A stretch of 63,305 nt of DNA, filler included. It is 8 parts of 8 records of this genome, joined end to end, with 100 filler letters (N's around TTAATTAATTAA, not from the genome) between each part and the next. Parts side by side here need not be neighbours in the genome. Positions count along the whole stretch, not along the records: positions 1 to 7,184 come from SRR31156797_41241; positions 7,285 to 13,522 come from SRR31156797_41266; 6 more parts are not named here. The stretch is one strand, 5' to 3'. Below the pieces are notes generated by a model. It ran no database searches and was not told where the DNA came from. It worked only from the letters and a program-made list of their open reading frames with translations. This document shows positions 1-11,457 of this stretch, piece by piece. The position numbers and the translations under genes were made by a program. Numbering within the stretch: position 1 is the first letter of the stretch; each line of letters opens with the position of its first letter.

Positions 1-780
1 ATGCAAAATATTTCTAACTGCTGCATATTTTAAGCAGTCATTTTCAAAGAAAGGAGCTTGATAAGCTTTTTTGGCATCTGCTGCCCCCTGCATTAATTCA
101 TCTATATCAATTCCTGCACAAGCTATTGGGAGCAATCCAACGGGGGTTAACACCGTAAATCTTCCACCTACATCATCAGGAACAACAAATGTCTCGTAGT
201 TTTCTCCGTCAGCTAAAGTTTTCAATGCTCCTTTCGCTTTGTCTGTAGTAGCAAATATTCTCTCTTTTGCCCCTTCTTTACCGTATTTTTGCTCTAATTT
301 TTCTTTGAAAATTCTAAATGCAATTGCAGGCTCTGTTGTTGTACCTGATTTTGAAATTACATTCACTGAAAAATCTCTATCTCCAACCAGTTTCAAAAGT
401 TCTGTTAGATAAGTTCCACTAATATTAGTTCCTGCAAAATAGATTTCAGGTGTTTCTCTTTCAGATTTTGATAATGAATTATAAAAAGTTCCACCTAAAA
501 ACTCCACAGCGGCTTTTGACCCCAGATATGATCCTCCAATTCCGATTACTATTAATACTTCAGAATGATTTTTAATTTTCTTGGCAGCTTTCTTAATTCT
601 TTCAAACTCATCTTTATCATAATCAAGAGGTAAATCAAGCCAGCCTAGCATTTCACTTCCCTGTCCTGTTTTACTCTCCAGATATTCTGCAATAGCCGAT
701 ATTTTTCTTTCCATAAACTGCATCTCATGTTCAGCAATAAAATCTGTAGCACTTGAATAATCAAAACTTAGTTTTTTCAT
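1..780 (-). CDS. pgi: Glucose-6-phosphate isomerase (3' truncated by window edge)
   Basis: Manual translation from ATG at 780 (GGAGG RBS upstream): [14 protein letters not shown]...[16 protein letters not shown]...[12 protein letters not shown]...[19 protein letters not shown] motifs. Absent from the ORF track because it runs off the edge. Confidence 0.93.
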   Translation of the reverse strand, partial: MKKLSFDYSSATDFIAEHEMQFMERKISAIAEYLESKTGQGSEMLGWLDLPLDYDKDEFERIKKAAKKIKNHSEVLIVIGIGGSYLGSKAAVEFLGGTFYNSLSKSERETPEIYFAGTNISGTYLTELLKLVGDRDFSVNVISKSGTTTEPAIAFRIFKEKLEQKYGKEGAKERIFATTDKAKGALKTLADGENYETFVVPDDVGGRFTVLTPVGLLPIACAGIDIDELMQGAADAKKAYQAPFFENDCLKYAAVRNILH

Positions 781-797
781 TAACATTCCTCCATTTT

Positions 798-1757
798 TTA
801 TAATAAATTATGTATATGTACTAGTCCTGCCAATTTACTATCTTCATCCAAAACAGGCAAAACTGTAATTTTTTTATTTATATTTTCCATTTTTTGTAAT
901 GCTTCATAAGCATTTTCATCTTCAAATACAATAGTTGGGTTTTTTATTAATATTTCTTTCGCTTTATAACTAAAAAATTTATCTTTATTTTTTAACAAGC
1001 GCTTTAAATCACCGTCAACAATTATCCCTAATAGTTGTTTTGAATCATCTTTGTCAACAATGAAAACTGCTCCCATTTTTTTCTCTGTTAACTCACTCAA
1101 TATAACTTCCATACTATCATCCTCGTTAATCAAAGGTAACTTATCAAACGGTATCATTACATCTTTTACAGTTCTAAGCAGCTTTCTGCCTAATGCACCT
1201 CCGGGATGATATACAGAAAAATCCCTTGCTGTAAAATTTCTAAGTGTCATAAGAGTTATCGCTATTGCATCTCCCATTACCAAAAGCGCTGTTGTTGAAG
1301 CCGTCGGTGCTACATCAAAAGGACATGCCTCTTCTTCTACTCCGGTAAATAAAACCAAATCAGAATTTACAGCAAGTTCTGATTTTACTTTCCCGGTAAA
1401 AGCTATTAACTTCGCTCCTATTCTTTGGATCGGTTTAATTATATTTAATATTTCTTCTGATGACCCGCTATTTGATATTACTATTACACAATCTTCGGGA
1501 TTAATCATTCCCAGATCCCCATGTATAGCTTCGGCCGCATTCATAAATACTGCTGTAGTTCCCGTTGACATAAGTGTGGCCGCTATTTTTCTTCCTATCA
1601 AACCTGATTTGCCTATTCCGGAAAGGATAATCTTTCCTTTACAATCATAAATTGCATTTACTACATCTACAAAATTCTCATTTAAGGTATTACCAAGCTT
1701 TCCCGTCTGCTCAAGTTCAATTTTAAAAACTTCTTTCCCTAATTCCAGTATATTCAA
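798..1757 (-). CDS. gutQ: KpsF/GutQ family arabinose-5-phosphate isomerase (SIS + CBS pair)
   Basis: [44 protein letters not shown] and C-terminal CBS domains; lies in a sorbitol operon. Confidence 0.88.
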   Translation of the reverse strand: MNILELGKEVFKIELEQTGKLGNTLNENFVDVVNAIYDCKGKIILSGIGKSGLIGRKIAATLMSTGTTAVFMNAAEAIHGDLGMINPEDCVIVISNSGSSEEILNIIKPIQRIGAKLIAFTGKVKSELAVNSDLVLFTGVEEEACPFDVAPTASTTALLVMGDAIAITLMTLRNFTARDFSVYHPGGALGRKLLRTVKDVMIPFDKLPLINEDDSMEVILSELTEKKMGAVFIVDKDDSKQLLGIIVDGDLKRLLKNKDKFFSYKAKEILIKNPTIVFEDENAYEALQKMENINKKITVLPVLDEDSKLAGLVHIHNLL

Positions 1758-1783
1758 TTGTTTCTCTCCTTTGATTTTTATAT

Positions 1784-2806
1784 TTATTTGTTATTATACA
1801 AACCAAAACTCGCAAGCCATGCGATAAAAACAGTTGGTGCTCCGGTTAAAAATCTGGAATAAAGTACAGCCGGTACTCCAACCTCCACTGTTTCAACATC
1901 TGCTTCTGCTAAACCTAAACCTACAGGGATAAAATCACACGCTGCCTGTGAATTAATTGCAAAAAGTGCAGGTAATGCAAGATGCGGAGGGATATTTCCT
2001 TTTCCTATTTCTATTCCTATCAACACACCGGTAACTTGTGCTATTACAGCTCCGGGTCCTAAAAATGGAGATAAAAATGGAAAAGAACAAACTAAAGATA
2101 TAAATATTAAACCGCTTATAGAGCCGGTAAAAGGACTCAATATTCTCGCAAAAAAATCTCCAATTCCAGTTTCAAGGACTATTCCAATAATCATAGAAAC
2201 AAAAGCCATAAAAGGCAAAATTGTTTTTAGTACTGTATCTATAGCTTCTCTTCCCGATTGATAAAAAATTGCAACTATATTTCCCATATTAACTCCAAGC
2301 TGGGTCATTACTTTATTTTGATTTCTTAAAAATTCATTGCCGGAATTATTAATATTTTCTTTTTTCTTTTTTTCATTATTTATTATAAATTGTTTATTTT
2401 CCTCTCGAATTTCATTACTGTTGTTTATCTGTTGTTTATTTTCCAGTAAAGAGATAGTTTCAATTTTTACATTTGAAACATAAATATCCTCTGTAATATA
2501 TTCAGCTAAAGGACCTGTTTTTCCAGAAGCATTTATATTAACTGTAGGAATTCCTTTTTTAGGATACAGCCCTGTCCTAAGTGTTCCTCCGGTATTAATG
2601 ATTACAGCCGCAATCTCTTTTTCATCTAAAACTTCATCAAATCCATCTATAAGCTCCGCTCCTGACAACTCAGATAGCTTTATTGCGATATCAGGGATTC
2701 TATTTTTTGTTAAACACATTATTTTTGATTTCTCTTTTGTGGGTGTTATTATCAAAGGACCTCCATAGCCCCCTTTTCCAGCTTCTATTTTTACACTTCT
2801 ATACAT
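1784..2806 (-). CDS. srlE: PTS glucitol/sorbitol EIIBC component
   Basis: [13 protein letters not shown], [45 protein letters not shown]. Confidence 0.93.
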   Translation of the reverse strand: MYRSVKIEAGKGGYGGPLIITPTKEKSKIMCLTKNRIPDIAIKLSELSGAELIDGFDEVLDEKEIAAVIINTGGTLRTGLYPKKGIPTVNINASGKTGPLAEYITEDIYVSNVKIETISLLENKQQINNSNEIREENKQFIINNEKKKKENINNSGNEFLRNQNKVMTQLGVNMGNIVAIFYQSGREAIDTVLKTILPFMAFVSMIIGIVLETGIGDFFARILSPFTGSISGLIFISLVCSFPFLSPFLGPGAVIAQVTGVLIGIEIGKGNIPPHLALPALFAINSQAACDFIPVGLGLAEADVETVEVGVPAVLYSRFLTGAPTVFIAWLASFGLYNNK

Positions 2807-2826
2807 AATTCCTCCCTTAAGAACCG

Positions 2827-3375
2827 CTATTTAATTTTTAACTTAGATTCAAGATTTTTACCCTGCTGTTTCTCTATATACAGAGTTGTATAATCCGTAA
2901 CCCAACCTCTCAAAAAATTAGTTATTATTCCAACCAAAAAATATCTCATTGCCAAGTCAGCTACAGAAAATCCAAGAGTTTCAATACCGTTTGCAATCCC
3001 TAAAAAAACAAACAATTCTCCTGGATTTATGTGAGGAAAAAGTCCATTCATAGAATGGCACGAAAATGAAGCTGCTGCGTAATAACTCGGCTTAAATTTT
3101 TCTGGTAAAAATTTTCCTAATGACAAGGTCATAGGGTTTGTAAAAAAGAAAGTTCCTATGACAGGTAAAAGCAAATAACGAGTAACAGGATTTGATGTAC
3201 TTTTTTCCGCTAGTTTCTCTATTCTTTTGGTTCCTACTAATTTAATCAAAGTATTCATAGCAACTAGAAGCATTATCAAAAGTGGTACAATATCAGTAAT
3301 CATCAGTACAAATGTTTCTCCGCCTCTTCTAAAAATACCTATAAACCATTCGGCAAACTGAGTTAATGAATTCAT
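2827..3375 (-). CDS. srlA: PTS glucitol/sorbitol EIIC2 component
   Basis: [39 protein letters not shown]. Confidence 0.93.
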   Translation of the reverse strand: MNSLTQFAEWFIGIFRRGGETFVLMITDIVPLLIMLLVAMNTLIKLVGTKRIEKLAEKSTSNPVTRYLLLPVIGTFFFTNPMTLSLGKFLPEKFKPSYYAAASFSCHSMNGLFPHINPGELFVFLGIANGIETLGFSVADLAMRYFLVGIITNFLRGWVTDYTTLYIEKQQGKNLESKLKIK

Positions 3376-3740
3376 TATACACCTCCGGAAAATATACTTT
3401 CCAGTGCCTTTTTCATTCCTTTATTTAACCCCAATTCCTCTTGATTTTTCTTTAATTCATCAAGTGTCATATTATTAAAATCCGTAAACTCTTTCATTCG
3501 TGAGAAAACAGTTACCCCCTGCATTTTTTTCCCATTGATAATAGAATCATTATCTCCTAATACCAATATCAAAAGAGTTCCCGCATAAAATCCCCCTTTG
3601 GATTTCCCTATAACTATTCTTCCTTGTTTTCTTAAACTTACAATTTCCCCGCTAAAGTTCTTTACTTGAAATAGTGTCAAAAAAGATTGAAGAACCCATG
3701 CTGTTCCCAAAATTGCAAAGTAAATTAAAAATTGTTTCAT
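3375..3740 (-). CDS. gutM: Glucitol operon activator GutM
   Basis: N-terminal hydrophobic helix with [23 protein letters not shown]; start moved to ATG 3740 behind a GGAGG RBS. Confidence 0.85.
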   Translation of the reverse strand: MKQFLIYFAILGTAWVLQSFLTLFQVKNFSGEIVSLRKQGRIVIGKSKGGFYAGTLLILVLGDNDSIINGKKMQGVTVFSRMKEFTDFNNMTLDELKKNQEELGLNKGMKKALESIFSGGV

Positions 3741-4067
3741 TAAAATAAACCTCCTCATTAAAATAATAATATAATAAACTCTTAATAATTTTATTAATAT
3801 TATTAAACCTCATATTAATTCTCCTGTCAATCGTTTAAACTCTAAGACTTTTCTTCATTAATTAATCTTAATTCAAACAACTCAACGACTATCCACTGTC
3901 AAAATGTCGTAGTAAATAGCCGCTGATTTTATTAGTTTCGATCTTTCGATTGATACTGTATCTTCAAATTCTAAAAAAATACGACTTTTAATATTTTAAA
4001 ATTCTTTTTTTATTCTTTGAAGATTTTTATGATTTTTTATTATATTTAAACATAAAATATAATAATA

Positions 4068-6092
4068 CTATTTAATATAACCTGAATTACTCATCTGTTT
4101 TTTTGTTATTTCCTGAGATTTTTTGAGAACTTCCTCAACACTTTTTCCTTCAGTAAATATTGTACTTATCTCTATTCCGACTTGACCTCCGATCGCGGGA
4201 AATTCAGGAATACTTACAAACTGAATACCTGTATAAGGAACCTTATCCTTTGTTGGATTATTTGGATCCGCAGAATTTATTGAACTTAAAACAAATTTTG
4301 CAAATGGTGCAACTTTCAAATAGTTTGGATTAGAATAAGTTGATTCTCTCGTTCCCGGTGGAATTGCTACCCAGCCTTTTTTCTCTCCTACCAATTTGAT
4401 ATACTCTTTTGATGTTGCCCACTCTATAAACTTTTGAGCTTCATCAGGATATTTTGCCGAAGCCGGAATTCCAAGCGCCCAAGCCCATAACCAATTTGAA
4501 CCCCGTTTCGTTATCGAATATGGTGATGCTGCAAATCCTATTTTGTCATGCATTTTTGATTGATTCGAATCAAATAACATTCCTGCTGCTACAGTGGCAT
4601 CTATCCATATTCCTAACTTACCTTCAGACATTAATGCTTTGTTTTCATTAAAACTGTTTGATACTATTTTCGGAGGCCCGTATTTATTTATAATATTTGA
4701 ATAGTAAGAGATTGCATTCTTCCATTCTTGCGAGTCAAGCTGCGGATTCCAATTTTCATCAAACCATCTGGCTCCAAATGAGTTTGCTAAAATTGATAAA
4801 AATGCCATATTATCTCCCCAACCAGGTTTTCCTCTTAGACCAATTCCATAGAAGTCATTTGAAGCATCATGAATTATTGATGCAAATTTCTCAATATCCT
4901 CATATGTTGGATTTTTAGGCATTTTTATCCCGTGTTTTTCAAAAACATCTTTTCTATAATAAGTCATCGTACTCTCTGCATAAAACGGAAGAGCATATAA
5001 CTGATTATTATATGATAAACCTTCTCTAACGGGTTTTAATAAATCCGCAACATCATATTCCATTGGAAAGTTTTCCAAAGCATATAGCCAGTTATTCTTT
5101 GCCCATAATGGTGTCTCATACATTCCTATAGTCATAACATCAAAACTTTCATCATCTATTGCCAGACTACTAAGTAATCTCTGCCTAAGAATACCTTCAT
5201 CAAGAACACTCCATTCAATTTTAATATTTGGATTTTGTCTTTCATATTCATCAGATAAACTTTGCATAATAAGCATATCTCCATTGTTAACAGTTCCTAT
5301 TTTAATTATTGTCTTATCTTTATCTTCTTTTAGTTTTACCATGTTATTTTTTAATCCATGACTGGCAAGTATTTTATCCAAAGTTCCATCATCTCTAAGT
5401 ATCTGTAATCCTTCATTAAATTCTCTCAATAATTTTGCTGAATTTTTTTTTCGTTTTGAAAACCCAATATGAAAAGTGTTTTCGGCTAAAGCTGCTTTAA
5501 TAAACTCCAATTTCCCTATTAGCTGTGGTTCTTTTGAAACCATAATATCTGCTGCTGTATATTTATCTATTACAATTAAATCTGTTCTTCCTTTTGCCAG
5601 CTTTAATAAATTTTGCTGATCTGATTTTCCTAAATCTTTTTTTAGTGGAAATTCATCAAAATCACTATCGATGCTTCTTCCTCTAACAGATCCAATTTGA
5701 TATCGATTTAATTCATTTAGAAAAGCTTGTGGATTATCCTGATAAGTATTCCTAAAATTAATATCTCTATCTTTTAATTTCAAAAGCCCAATTGTATCAC
5801 CGGGAAATCCATCAGACAATAATAACTTCCCTTTCGCATCATTATAAAGTGGCAGTACTCCGTCAACTCTTCCATTTTCAGCCAGAAAAAAACTTCTTGC
5901 TTCAGGGTAATATTCTACTCTTACACTATAACCTTTTCGTGAAAATACTTCTTCAAGCAATTCATACACATAACCATTATTTTTTAGAGAATTTCCTATA
6001 TAAGGAATTCTTTCCGTTGAAGCAAAAATAAGCTCTTCACTCAATGATTTTACAGATATGACCAGTATAAACAGTAAAAATAATTTTTTCAT
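4068..6092 (-). CDS. Tandem solute-binding protein: family-3 (amino-acid type) SBP fused to a polyol (SmoE/MtlE-like) SBP
   Basis: Signal peptide; N-half PYI..NGYVYELL..GRTDLIVID..FNEGL..DGTLDKIL; C-half IGTVNNGDM, LRGKPGWGDNM, WIDATVAA, WLWAWALGIP, PYTGIQFV. Confidence 0.8.
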   Translation of the reverse strand: MKKLFLLFILVISVKSLSEELIFASTERIPYIGNSLKNNGYVYELLEEVFSRKGYSVRVEYYPEARSFFLAENGRVDGVLPLYNDAKGKLLLSDGFPGDTIGLLKLKDRDINFRNTYQDNPQAFLNELNRYQIGSVRGRSIDSDFDEFPLKKDLGKSDQQNLLKLAKGRTDLIVIDKYTAADIMVSKEPQLIGKLEFIKAALAENTFHIGFSKRKKNSAKLLREFNEGLQILRDDGTLDKILASHGLKNNMVKLKEDKDKTIIKIGTVNNGDMLIMQSLSDEYERQNPNIKIEWSVLDEGILRQRLLSSLAIDDESFDVMTIGMYETPLWAKNNWLYALENFPMEYDVADLLKPVREGLSYNNQLYALPFYAESTMTYYRKDVFEKHGIKMPKNPTYEDIEKFASIIHDASNDFYGIGLRGKPGWGDNMAFLSILANSFGARWFDENWNPQLDSQEWKNAISYYSNIINKYGPPKIVSNSFNENKALMSEGKLGIWIDATVAAGMLFDSNQSKMHDKIGFAASPYSITKRGSNWLWAWALGIPASAKYPDEAQKFIEWATSKEYIKLVGEKKGWVAIPPGTRESTYSNPNYLKVAPFAKFVLSSINSADPNNPTKDKVPYTGIQFVSIPEFPAIGGQVGIEISTIFTEGKSVEEVLKKSQEITKKQMSNSGYIK

Positions 6093-6196
6093 AACTTCCC
6101 TCCATTTTATAGGCAATTATAATTATTACTCAATGATAAATTCTCAGCACAAACTATAAATATCATACCAATCAATTAACCTAATCCTTTATTAGC

Positions 6197-6233
6197 AAAA
6201 CTCCGTTCATCTAAAATTTTAAACGAACGGAGT
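6197..6233 (-). terminator. Probable intrinsic terminator downstream of srlD
   Basis: ACTCCGTTC...GAACGGAGT inverted repeat followed by a T-run on the minus strand. Confidence 0.55.
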
Positions 6234-6365
6234 CTTACAAATATATTAGATTATAATAAACGAATAAATTTATAACACATTATTTCACAAAACCAACTGT
6301 TGAATCACTATTGATTTTGCTCGATGTGTTGAGATTTATGGTGTTAATTATCGTTTGGAGTAATT

Positions 6366-7148
6366 TTAAAACATCACCTGTCCACCAGTAATGTTAATCG
6401 ATTGACCAGTCATATAACCTGCTTTTTCCGAAGCATAAAATACAAGAGTATCCAGTACGTCCTGATAATCACAACCTCTTTTCATTGGCACTTTATCAAT
6501 ATATACCTGCTCAACTTTTTCTGATGGAATCCCAAGTTTTTTAGCATATTGAGGTATTAAACTCTGGAACATCGGTGAATTTAATAAATTTCCAAGCATT
6601 AATGAATTTACTGTAATTCCGTGCTCTGCAAGATCTAATGCAAGACTTTGAGTTAATCCTATCCCACCGAATTTAGCAGCAGAGTATCCGGAATTATGTT
6701 TACTTCCAACTTTTCCTGATTTAGAGTTTATCTGAATAATTCTTCCTGCTATCTCTTTTTCAATCATCAATTTTGAAACCTCTCTTGCGCATAGAAAATA
6801 TCCTGTTGTATTAACAGCCATTGATAAATTCCAATCCCTAAGCGGAAAGTTTGTAATTTTATGACTTTTGGCAAGCCCGGCACTATAAACTAACAGATCA
6901 ATTCTTCCATATTTATTTTTTATTTCATGCAGCATTTTAACAACTTCTTCTTCATTAGTTGCATCTACTTTTACTGCTAATGCTGATATATTTTCATATT
7001 TACCTTCAATATCATTTGCTGTATTCACTGCATTTTCTTTATTTAAATCCGCTACTACGACATCATATCCTTCTTTTGCTAAACCTTCGCATAAAAATGC
7101 TCCCAAAGTTTGACCTCCGCCAACTACTAATGCTACTTTGTTCATCAT
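6366..7148 (-). CDS. srlD: Sorbitol-6-phosphate 2-dehydrogenase (SDR)
   Basis: GGGQTLGAFL, INSKSGKVGSKHNSGYSAAKFGG, TGQSINITGGQVM. Confidence 0.95.
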   Translation of the reverse strand: MMNKVALVVGGGQTLGAFLCEGLAKEGYDVVVADLNKENAVNTANDIEGKYENISALAVKVDATNEEEVVKMLHEIKNKYGRIDLLVYSAGLAKSHKITNFPLRDWNLSMAVNTTGYFLCAREVSKLMIEKEIAGRIIQINSKSGKVGSKHNSGYSAAKFGGIGLTQSLALDLAEHGITVNSLMLGNLLNSPMFQSLIPQYAKKLGIPSEKVEQVYIDKVPMKRGCDYQDVLDTLVFYASEKAGYMTGQSINITGGQVMF

Positions 7149-7184
7149 TACCTCCTATATATTTTTTAAAGTCAAAAAGTTTCA

Positions 7185-7284
7185 NNNNNNNNNNNNNNNN
7201 NNNNNNNNNNNNNNNNNNNNNNNNNNNNTTAATTAATTAANNNNNNNNNNNNNNNNNNNNNNNNNNNNNNNNNNNNNNNNNNNN
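7185..7284. other. Artificial contig spacer
   Basis: 44 N + TTAATTAATTAA (stops in six frames) + 44 N. Confidence 0.99.
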
Positions 7285-8868
7285 GGTTTTTTTATGGAGA
7301 GAGCATTTTCTCCAATGCCTGATATGGAAGAAGTTTTAAGAGAAAATAATTTACCTATGTTCTCGCTAGAATCAAAAACTCCTCTAAAAGAATTTGATGT
7401 AGTAGGATTTTCATTAGGTTATGAACTTTGTTATACGAATGTTTTAAATACTCTTGATTTAGCGGGAATACCTATAGATAAAGAAGAAAGAACAGAGGAT
7501 GATCCTATAATTCTTGCAGGAGGAACTTGTGTAACGAATCCAAGACCTTTGGAAGATTTTATTGATGTTTTTTCTATTGGAGATGGAGAAGAATCAACAG
7601 AGCAATTAGCTAAAATTTTAGTTGCTAATTCAGATAAAACAAGAAGTGAAAAATTAGAATTAATTAAAGATATAGAAGGAATATATATTCCGAAACTTCA
7701 TAAAGAACAAAGAAGAAAAAAAGCAATACTCAAAGACCTTACAAAAGCTCCTTATATTGGAGAACAAATAGTTCCTTATGTATCAATCGTGCATGATAGA
7801 GCTATGGTAGAGATTCAAAGAGGTTGCACAAGAGGGTGTAGATTCTGCCAGGCTGGAATTATTTACAGACCTGTTAGAGAAAAAACACTTGAAGAAAATT
7901 TAAATACAATAGATAATGCTTTAAGTTCTACAGGATATTCTGAAGTATCACTATCATCATTAAGTAGTAGTGACTATACAAAAATTGGTGGTTTATTAAC
8001 GACACTTCAGGATAAATACGCAGAAGAAAATTTGAGTGTTTCTTTACCTTCGCTTAGAATGAATCCTTATTCTGTTGAAGTGGCTGAGAGTATTCAAACA
8101 GGAAAGAAAACAGGATTTACATTTGCTCCAGAAGCAGGTTCTCAAAGATTGAGAGATATTATAAATAAAGGTGTCGATGAACAGGAGATTTTAGATACAG
8201 CTGTTGCAGCAGTAAAAGCAGGCTGGGATAATTTAAAATTTTATTTTATGATAGGACTGCCATTTGAAACTGATGAGGATATTGTCGGGATACATGAATT
8301 AATTAAAAAAGTAATATATTTTTGCAGACAACATACAAGAAGACTTAATATTACTGTAAGTGTGTCAAATTTTGTGCCAAAACCTCATACACCGTTTCAA
8401 TGGTCAGAACAGATGAATTTTGAAGAGATGGATAGAAAACATAAGCTTCTTAGGGAGTTATTTTATAGAATGAAATACACAGCTTTAAAAATCCATGCGA
8501 AAAAAACGTCATATCTTGAAGGAATAATTTCAAGAGGAGATAAAGAAGTAGGGAAATTAATTAAACTTGCATATGAAAAAGGTTGTAAATTTGATGGATG
8601 GAAAACATACTTTAGATTTGATCTATGGCAAGAGGCTATGGCTGAACTTGGTATGGATGAGAATACTTATTTAGGAGAGAGAAATTTAGAAGTAGAGTTA
8701 CCTTGGGATATAGTAGATATAGGTGTAAATAAAGAATTTATGTTAAGAGAGCTAAAAAAAGCCAAAGAGGAAGCGTTAACTCCGGATTGTAGAGATAATT
8801 GTGTGGGTTGTGGACTAAAAGGCAGATTAGAAGAGTGTGGGAACTTAATAGCTGATAATAAAAACTAA
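7285..8868 (+). CDS. TIGR03960-type B12-binding radical SAM protein (5' truncated)
   Basis: ERAFSP...FSLGYELCYTNVL, CxxxCxxC (GCTRGCRFC), TFAPEAGSQRLR, FVPKPHTPFQW, C-terminal CxxxCxxC. Confidence 0.88.
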   Translation, partial: GFFMERAFSPMPDMEEVLRENNLPMFSLESKTPLKEFDVVGFSLGYELCYTNVLNTLDLAGIPIDKEERTEDDPIILAGGTCVTNPRPLEDFIDVFSIGDGEESTEQLAKILVANSDKTRSEKLELIKDIEGIYIPKLHKEQRRKKAILKDLTKAPYIGEQIVPYVSIVHDRAMVEIQRGCTRGCRFCQAGIIYRPVREKTLEENLNTIDNALSSTGYSEVSLSSLSSSDYTKIGGLLTTLQDKYAEENLSVSLPSLRMNPYSVEVAESIQTGKKTGFTFAPEAGSQRLRDIINKGVDEQEILDTAVAAVKAGWDNLKFYFMIGLPFETDEDIVGIHELIKKVIYFCRQHTRRLNITVSVSNFVPKPHTPFQWSEQMNFEEMDRKHKLLRELFYRMKYTALKIHAKKTSYLEGIISRGDKEVGKLIKLAYEKGCKFDGWKTYFRFDLWQEAMAELGMDENTYLGERNLEVELPWDIVDIGVNKEFMLRELKKAKEEALTPDCRDNCVGCGLKGRLEECGNLIADNKN

Positions 8869-8873
8869 AATAT

Positions 8874-10637
8874 ATGGGGATGAATATGAGAAGGGAAAAT
8901 ATAATTCAATTAACTTTAATTTCAATATTAGTGGCAATATTACCTTTAATTGTTTATTTGAAAATAATACCACTTCCGAAAGGAAGTATAGAGTATCTAG
9001 CTTGGCCTATTTCAAATATGAATTTTGATTTCTTTTCATATTATAAAGCCCAGATTTTAAAAATGTTTACAGCAGCAATAGTAATTGTTACCGCTGTTAT
9101 GAAATGGCGTAAAATCGAATGGAAAAATTATTACATATTTATATTTATTTATATTATGTGTATAACATTATCAACGATATTTTCTCCCTTTCCAAGTCTT
9201 GCAATAAATGGAGTTGCTGATAGATACGAAGGTATGTCAGTGCTGATAGCTTATTTAGTTCTATTCTTTGTAACAGCTAACTCTCTTAAGACGAAAAAGG
9301 AGTTTAAACTACTAATAGGAGCATTAGTAGTTTCTTCTACTTTAGTTGCTTTGATTGGAATATTTCAGTATTTTGGTTATGATCTTTTCAGATCAGAATT
9401 TGGTAAAAAGCTTATTCTGTCAGCTGAGTATGAAAAATATTTATCTAAAATAAATTTTAGATTTGGAAAATATACTATATATACTACACTTTATAATACT
9501 AATTTTGTTGGATCATATATGGGGATGTTTTTTTATTTAGGTTTAGGATTTTACTTACATTCCAGAGAGAGGTTAAAATCAGTCTTATGGCTTGTTTATA
9601 CACTTCTTATTTTTTCAAATTTAGTTGGATGTAGATCAAGAGCTGGAATAGTAGGTTTTGCTTTAACTTTAGGAATATTTGTCATTTCATATAGAAAATA
9701 CATAATAAAAAAATGGAAAAAATTATTAACAATTGCGATAGGATGTTCCATAGTCTTTTTAATATTAAATTATGCTGCTTTAAAGCAAGGGCGGGCGTTA
9801 TCAGACAAATATGCTAATATTAATTCAAAAGATTTAGGATTAAGAGATTTATATATTGAGAAAAACAGAGTTTTTATCGAACATAAAGATGTAAAGTTGA
9901 TAATAGAGAATATTGATAATAAGAAACTTAAATTTTTTGATGGCAAAAACCTAGAATTGAAAACAACAGTGAAAAACAAAAGAATTTTTATAAATGATAG
10001 TAGATATACTGATTTTAAGTTTGATATAAAAAAATCAGCAATTAATTTTCTTTATGGAGATGATTTTGAATATTTATTAATTTTAAAAGAAAACACTTTT
10101 AAAACTATAGATAGTCATAATAGAGTTGTAAATATAATTAAAGTAAAGAGGTTTAAACCTTTTGATGGAAAAGAAAAAATGGGAAGCCATAGGATATATA
10201 ATTGGTCAAGAACAATACCGCTTTTAAAGGATACTTTATTAGTTGGTTTTGGACCGGATACTTTTTCAATAGTTTTTCCTCAAAATGATTTTTTTGGTAA
10301 ATTAATATCATATGGAAAAAAATCAATAATCGTAGATAAACCTCATAATATGTATTTACAATTTGCGGTAAATACCGGTTTTGTTTCAATGCTGAATTTT
10401 ATATTGTTTTCTGTTTGGCTAATATATAAATTTTTATTTTTTCAAAAAAGAAAGATGGAAAAAAGTTATTATAAAACAATATATTACTTTGCAAGTTTAT
10501 CAATTTTTTCATATTTAATTTCATCACTTTTCAATGATAGTCTGATTTCAGTTGCTCCAATATTTTGGGTGATTTTGGGTATAACAATGGCTTCGGTTGA
10601 TAGAGTAGAGAAAATATTTACTAAAAATATAATTTAG
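8874..10637 (+). CDS. O-antigen ligase (WaaL/Wzy_C) family membrane protein
   Basis: Multiple TM helices, TLYNTNFVG, SRAG, RIYNW, GFGPDTF, KPHNMYLQ. Confidence 0.82.
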   Translation: MGMNMRRENIIQLTLISILVAILPLIVYLKIIPLPKGSIEYLAWPISNMNFDFFSYYKAQILKMFTAAIVIVTAVMKWRKIEWKNYYIFIFIYIMCITLSTIFSPFPSLAINGVADRYEGMSVLIAYLVLFFVTANSLKTKKEFKLLIGALVVSSTLVALIGIFQYFGYDLFRSEFGKKLILSAEYEKYLSKINFRFGKYTIYTTLYNTNFVGSYMGMFFYLGLGFYLHSRERLKSVLWLVYTLLIFSNLVGCRSRAGIVGFALTLGIFVISYRKYIIKKWKKLLTIAIGCSIVFLILNYAALKQGRALSDKYANINSKDLGLRDLYIEKNRVFIEHKDVKLIIENIDNKKLKFFDGKNLELKTTVKNKRIFINDSRYTDFKFDIKKSAINFLYGDDFEYLLILKENTFKTIDSHNRVVNIIKVKRFKPFDGKEKMGSHRIYNWSRTIPLLKDTLLVGFGPDTFSIVFPQNDFFGKLISYGKKSIIVDKPHNMYLQFAVNTGFVSMLNFILFSVWLIYKFLFFQKRKMEKSYYKTIYYFASLSIFSYLISSLFNDSLISVAPIFWVILGITMASVDRVEKIFTKNII

Positions 10638-10655
10638 GACTAGAAAGGAAAAAGA

Positions 10656-11435
10656 TTGAAAATAGCAATTTTGGGAAGTGGGAGTTCTGGGAATTCAATT
10701 TTGATTGAATCTAATGAAACGAAACTTTTAATTGACGCAGGTTATAGTGGAAAAAAAATTAAAGAAAAAATGGATAAATTAAATAGAGATTTAAATGATA
10801 TAAATGGAATATTAATAACTCATGAGCATGGAGATCATATAATGGGGGCTGGAATTCTTTCAAGGAGATACAATATTCCTCTTTATATAACTCGTGAAAG
10901 TTATTTTGCTGCAGAAGGAAAAATTGGTAAAATTGCAAATGAAAACTTGAATTTTATAGAAGATGAGTTTAAAATTAAAAATCTGGATATAATTCCTTTT
11001 GATGTAATGCATGATGCAGAAAGAACACTTGGTTTTAGAATTGAGGACAGATGGAAAAATAAGGCAATAGGAGTGGCAACAGATATAGGTTATGTAACAA
11101 ATATTGTAAAAGATAAACTAAAAGATTTAGATATACTTGTAATTGAGAGTAATTACGACTACAATATGTTAATGACTTGTAAATACCCTTGGCCTTTAAA
11201 AGCAAGAATCAAAAGTAATAATGGTCATTTATCAAATGAAGATGCATTGAAATTAATAAATGATATTTATAGTGAAAAATTAAAAAAAGTTTACTTTGTA
11301 CATGTAAGTCGTGATGGTAATTGTTATGACTTAGCAAGGAGTAATGTAGAGGAAACTCTTAAAAAATTTCAAATAAATATAGAATACGAACTTATTGAGC
11401 AAGAAAAAGTAAGTGAGTTTTATAATATAAAATAA
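10656..11435 (+). CDS. MBL-fold metallo-hydrolase (YycJ/WalJ-like)
   Basis: LGSGSSGNS, THEHGDH, HDA, TDIG, ESNYD, GHLSN. Confidence 0.88.
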   Translation: MKIAILGSGSSGNSILIESNETKLLIDAGYSGKKIKEKMDKLNRDLNDINGILITHEHGDHIMGAGILSRRYNIPLYITRESYFAAEGKIGKIANENLNFIEDEFKIKNLDIIPFDVMHDAERTLGFRIEDRWKNKAIGVATDIGYVTNIVKDKLKDLDILVIESNYDYNMLMTCKYPWPLKARIKSNNGHLSNEDALKLINDIYSEKLKKVYFVHVSRDGNCYDLARSNVEETLKKFQINIEYELIEQEKVSEFYNIK

Positions 11436-11457
11436 TTTTTTAAAATTAGGAGAGGCT

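Noticed and set aside
3759-4067. AT-rich quasi-repeats (TTAATA/TATTAA) upstream of gutM
   Set aside because: They may include operators but cannot be distinguished from background in such an AT-rich contig.
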